DNA from: a virus
Lineage: Duplodnaviria; Heunggongvirae; Uroviricota; Caudoviricetes
Strand: one strand, 5' to 3'
IMG/VR virus record: IMGVR_UViG_2778261227_000012
Length of the DNA stretch: 8,736 nucleotides
Shown here: positions 6,853 to 8,736 of the stretch, piece by piece
Layout: the number at the start of each line of letters is the position of its first letter
Position numbering within the stretch: position 1 is the stretch's first letter
Made by a program: the position numbers and the translations under genes
Notes under the pieces: generated by a model
Database searches by the model: none
Seen by the model: the letters and a program-made list of their open reading frames with translations, nothing else
What the model was told of the DNA's origin: nothing

Positions 6853-7425
6853 TTACAAATCAGCTTGAGTTTGAAGTTCCTCTACAGGGTGATAACGATA
6901 AATCGTCGATATACCGATATCGTAAATAATTGCCAACTGTTTCCTGCTATAGCCATTTTTGATCAGCCTTGCTATTTGTTCATGTTGCTCTTTTGTCAGT
7001 TTCGGACGACGTCCACCAATACGCCCCTGTGCACGTGCTGCTTCAAGTCCGGCCAGTGTTCGTTCAACTATTAATTCACGCTCCATTTCCGCTAAAGCCC
7101 CCATGACGTGAAAAAAGAAACGTCCCATGGGTGTTGACGTATCAATGCTGTCTGTAAGACTACGGAAGTTAACCCCTTTTTCCCGCAGTTCCTCAATAAG
7201 AGTGATGAGGTGTTTCATGCTTCTGCCCAGCCTGTCCAGCTTCCAGACAACGAGCGTATCTCCTTCTGATAACGTTCTGAGCAGCTTTTTCAATCCCGGT
7301 CGGGCTGACTTTGTTCCGCTGATTTTATCCTCAAAAATCAGTTCACATCCTGCGCAGTTCAGTGCGTTTCGTTGTAAATCTGTATTCTGGTCATTTGTTG
7401 ACACACGAATGTAGCCAATTTGCAT
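6853..7425 (-). CDS. Serine recombinase, DNA invertase of the Hin/Gin/Pin/Cin family
   Basis: N-terminus MQIGYIRVSTNDQNTDLQRNAL with catalytic Ser in YIRVSTNDQ; conserved LVVWKLDRLGRS, GRFFFHVMGALAEMERELIVERT, C-terminal HTH (ISTIYRY). True start is the internal ATG at 7425-7423 (AAGAGGA RBS upstream on the minus strand); the 65-codon N-terminal extension in the ORF track is not family-like. Confidence 0.85.
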   Translation of the reverse strand: MQIGYIRVSTNDQNTDLQRNALNCAGCELIFEDKISGTKSARPGLKKLLRTLSEGDTLVVWKLDRLGRSMKHLITLIEELREKGVNFRSLTDSIDTSTPMGRFFFHVMGALAEMERELIVERTLAGLEAARAQGRIGGRRPKLTKEQHEQIARLIKNGYSRKQLAIIYDIGISTIYRYHPVEELQTQADL

Positions 7426-7477
7426 GAAAAATATCCTCTTTGTTTTGTTAAAAATACATAGCTGGTATAGGTGGGAG

Positions 7478-7503
7478 TTAAGACGAAAACGTTGGTTTGG
7501 GGG
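7478..7503. promoter_or_regulatory. Candidate invertase crossover site (AAACGTTGGTTT core, resembling the AAACC-NN-GGTTT core of hix/gix sites), overlapping the start of cassette 1 and lying about 55 bp upstream of the invertase start
   Basis: Sequence AGACGAAAACGTTGGTTTGGGGGAAGG; the same core recurs at the start of cassettes 2 and 3 (about 7962-7987 and 8562-8587). Half-site symmetry is imperfect; exact boundaries are uncertain. Confidence 0.3.
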
Positions 7504-7964
7504 AAGGCTCGGCGCTGCCCGTTGGTGTGCCTGTTCCGTGGCCCTCAGCCACACCACCAACGGGCTGGCTGAAATGTAACGGTGCAGCATTTTCTTCTGA
7601 AATGTATCCCAAACTGGCAAAAGCTTACCCCACCAATAAATTACCGGATTTACGGGGTGAATTTATTCGTGGCTGGGATGATGGGCGGGGAATTGATAAT
7701 AGACGCAACCTACTGTCTGCACAGTCTGACACTATTCAGAATATAGTTGGCACTTTTGGACGAACTCAGCTTTTTAAAGATGCTTTAAATTCAGGGCCAT
7801 TTAGTCAAACTGACTCTATATTATCAGTAGGCTTGCAACCAACTGAGAGTATTGAAGGATATGGCGCCTCTGTATGGACATTCGACGCCTCTCGCTCAGT
7901 TCGCACAGCATCTGAAACACGTCCTCGTAACATTGCGTTTAATTACATCGTAAGGGCGGCATAG
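7482..7964 (+). CDS. Tail-fibre C-terminal cassette 1 (phage tail collar domain + variable receptor-binding core + conserved ...ETRPRNIAFNYIVRAA end); promoterless, no ATG start
   Basis: Open in frame from 7482; conserved motifs PWPSATPPTGWLKCNGAAFSSEMYP...LPDLRGEFIRGWDDGRG (tail collar) and NIAFNYIVRAA (P2 H / T-even fibre-type C-terminus); no ATG or RBS, begins 56 nt from the divergent invertase start. Confidence 0.6.
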   Translation, partial: DENVGLGEGSALPVGVPVPWPSATPPTGWLKCNGAAFSSEMYPKLAKAYPTNKLPDLRGEFIRGWDDGRGIDNRRNLLSAQSDTIQNIVGTFGRTQLFKDALNSGPFSQTDSILSVGLQPTESIEGYGASVWTFDASRSVRTASETRPRNIAFNYIVRAA

Positions 7965-8565
7965 AAACGTTGGTTTGGGGGAAGGCTCTGCACTGCCCGT
8001 TGGTGTGCCTGTTCCGTGGCCCTCAGCCACACCGCCAACAGGGTGGCTGAAATGTAACGGCGCAGCATTTTCTTCTGAAATGTACCCCAATCTGGCACAG
8101 GCTTACCCCACGAATAAATTACCGGATTTACGCGGTGAATTTATCCGTGGCTGGGATGACGGACGTGGCGTGGATGCGTGGCGAACATTACTGAGTGCTC
8201 AGGATTTTGCGTTTGAAGATCATGCTCTGGGGCTACCTACCAATCAGGGATATGCAGGTATTGAGAAAGGTAGCACTGAAAATGATGTTTATGCCGCTTT
8301 CTCTGATGGCATGCACTATACAGGGAATGTAACCAGTAGCGGTCAATGGGATGATTATTCTCAGTCAAAAATTTATATCCGTAGTGATGGTAAGCCTGTC
8401 GGAAATAATATTGAGTTAGCTAACTCAAGTGAGGCTTTGCGTTCTTCTTTGCGTACTTATAGAGCCAGTACAGGATGGTATAACCCAGGACTAAACAAAC
8501 CTAAAACAGCTACAGAAACACGTCCGCGCAACGTTGCTTTTAATTACATCGTAAGAGCCGCATGA
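7954..8565 (+). CDS. Tail-fibre C-terminal cassette 2 (same conserved collar N-block and C-terminal block, different and longer variable core); promoterless
   Basis: Open in frame from 7954, overlapping the cassette 1 stop (7962-7964) by 11 nt in another frame; conserved first ~65 codons and last ~16 codons, divergent middle. Confidence 0.6.
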   Translation, partial: GRHRNVGLGEGSALPVGVPVPWPSATPPTGWLKCNGAAFSSEMYPNLAQAYPTNKLPDLRGEFIRGWDDGRGVDAWRTLLSAQDFAFEDHALGLPTNQGYAGIEKGSTENDVYAAFSDGMHYTGNVTSSGQWDDYSQSKIYIRSDGKPVGNNIELANSSEALRSSLRTYRASTGWYNPGLNKPKTATETRPRNVAFNYIVRAA

Positions 8566-8736
8566 AAACGTTGGTTTGGGGGAAGGCTCTGCACTGCCCG
8601 TTGGTGTGCCTGTTCCGTGGCCCTCAGCCACACCGTCAACAGGGTGGCTGAAATGTAACGGCGCAGCATTTTCTTCTGAAATGTACCCCAAACTGGCACA
8701 GGCTTACCCCACCAATAAATTACCGGATTTACGGGG
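8555..8736 (+). CDS. Tail-fibre C-terminal cassette 3, partial (runs off the window end); same conserved collar N-block
   Basis: Open in frame from 8555, overlapping the cassette 2 stop (8563-8565); sequence to 8736 repeats the conserved 5' block and mixes variants seen in copies 1 and 2. Confidence 0.55.

Larger units (their letters stand above)
7482..8736 (+). repeat. Tandem direct array of at least three tail-fibre C-terminal cassettes (unit about 480-600 bp) with conserved 5' (~200 nt) and 3' (~50 nt) blocks and variable cores
   Basis: The three unit starts (about 7488, 7966, 8566) share the string AACGTTGGTTTGGGGGAAGGCTC...CCGTGGCCCTCAGCCACACC...; unit ends share GAAACACGTCC.CG.AAC.TTGC.TTTAATTACATCGTAAG. 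Confidence 0.8.

Noticed and set aside
6865-7414. Plus-strand ORFs 6865..7074 and 7127..7414
   Set aside because: Antisense to the well-supported invertase gene.
6853-7620. 255-aa extended model of the invertase
   Set aside because: The first 65 codons have no resemblance to serine recombinases; the family-typical N-terminus MQIGYIRVSTNDQ begins at the internal ATG (7425-7423), which has an AAGAGGA RBS.
7896-8691. Minus-strand ORFs 7896..8090 and 8491..8691 (near-identical 64-66 aa products)
   Set aside because: They are duplicated only because they lie antisense across the repeated cassette junction; Pro/Gly-rich, no start context. Listed because repeated antisense ORFs can look like conserved genes.
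7482-8736. CRISPR array or diversity-generating retroelement as an explanation for the tandem repeats
   Set aside because: Repeat units are 480-600 bp protein-coding cassettes, not 25-40 bp repeats with spacers; no reverse transcriptase or template-repeat pattern is present; the adjacent serine invertase points to a cassette-switching system.

Overview
Mosaic enterobacterial mobile-element junction, read by eye with no database searches. (1) 1-2640: prophage early-left module: HD-domain phosphohydrolase, two small ORFs, an excisionase-like gene, and a tyrosine integrase whose N-terminal arm-binding region is cut by an in-frame TAG. (2) 2650-5480: AT-rich cargo island holding an OLD-family ABC-ATPase/TOPRIM nuclease and a Dam-family N6-adenine methyltransferase, my best candidate for a novel defence module. 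(3) 5485-5516: a 3' tmRNA (ssrA) fragment acting as an att site, with a terminator. (4) 5722-6777: a P4/CP4-57-type integrase truncated before its catalytic Tyr. (5) 6853-8736: a Hin/Gin/Pin-type serine invertase divergent from at least three tandem, direct-orientation, promoterless tail-fibre C-terminal cassettes with variable cores.
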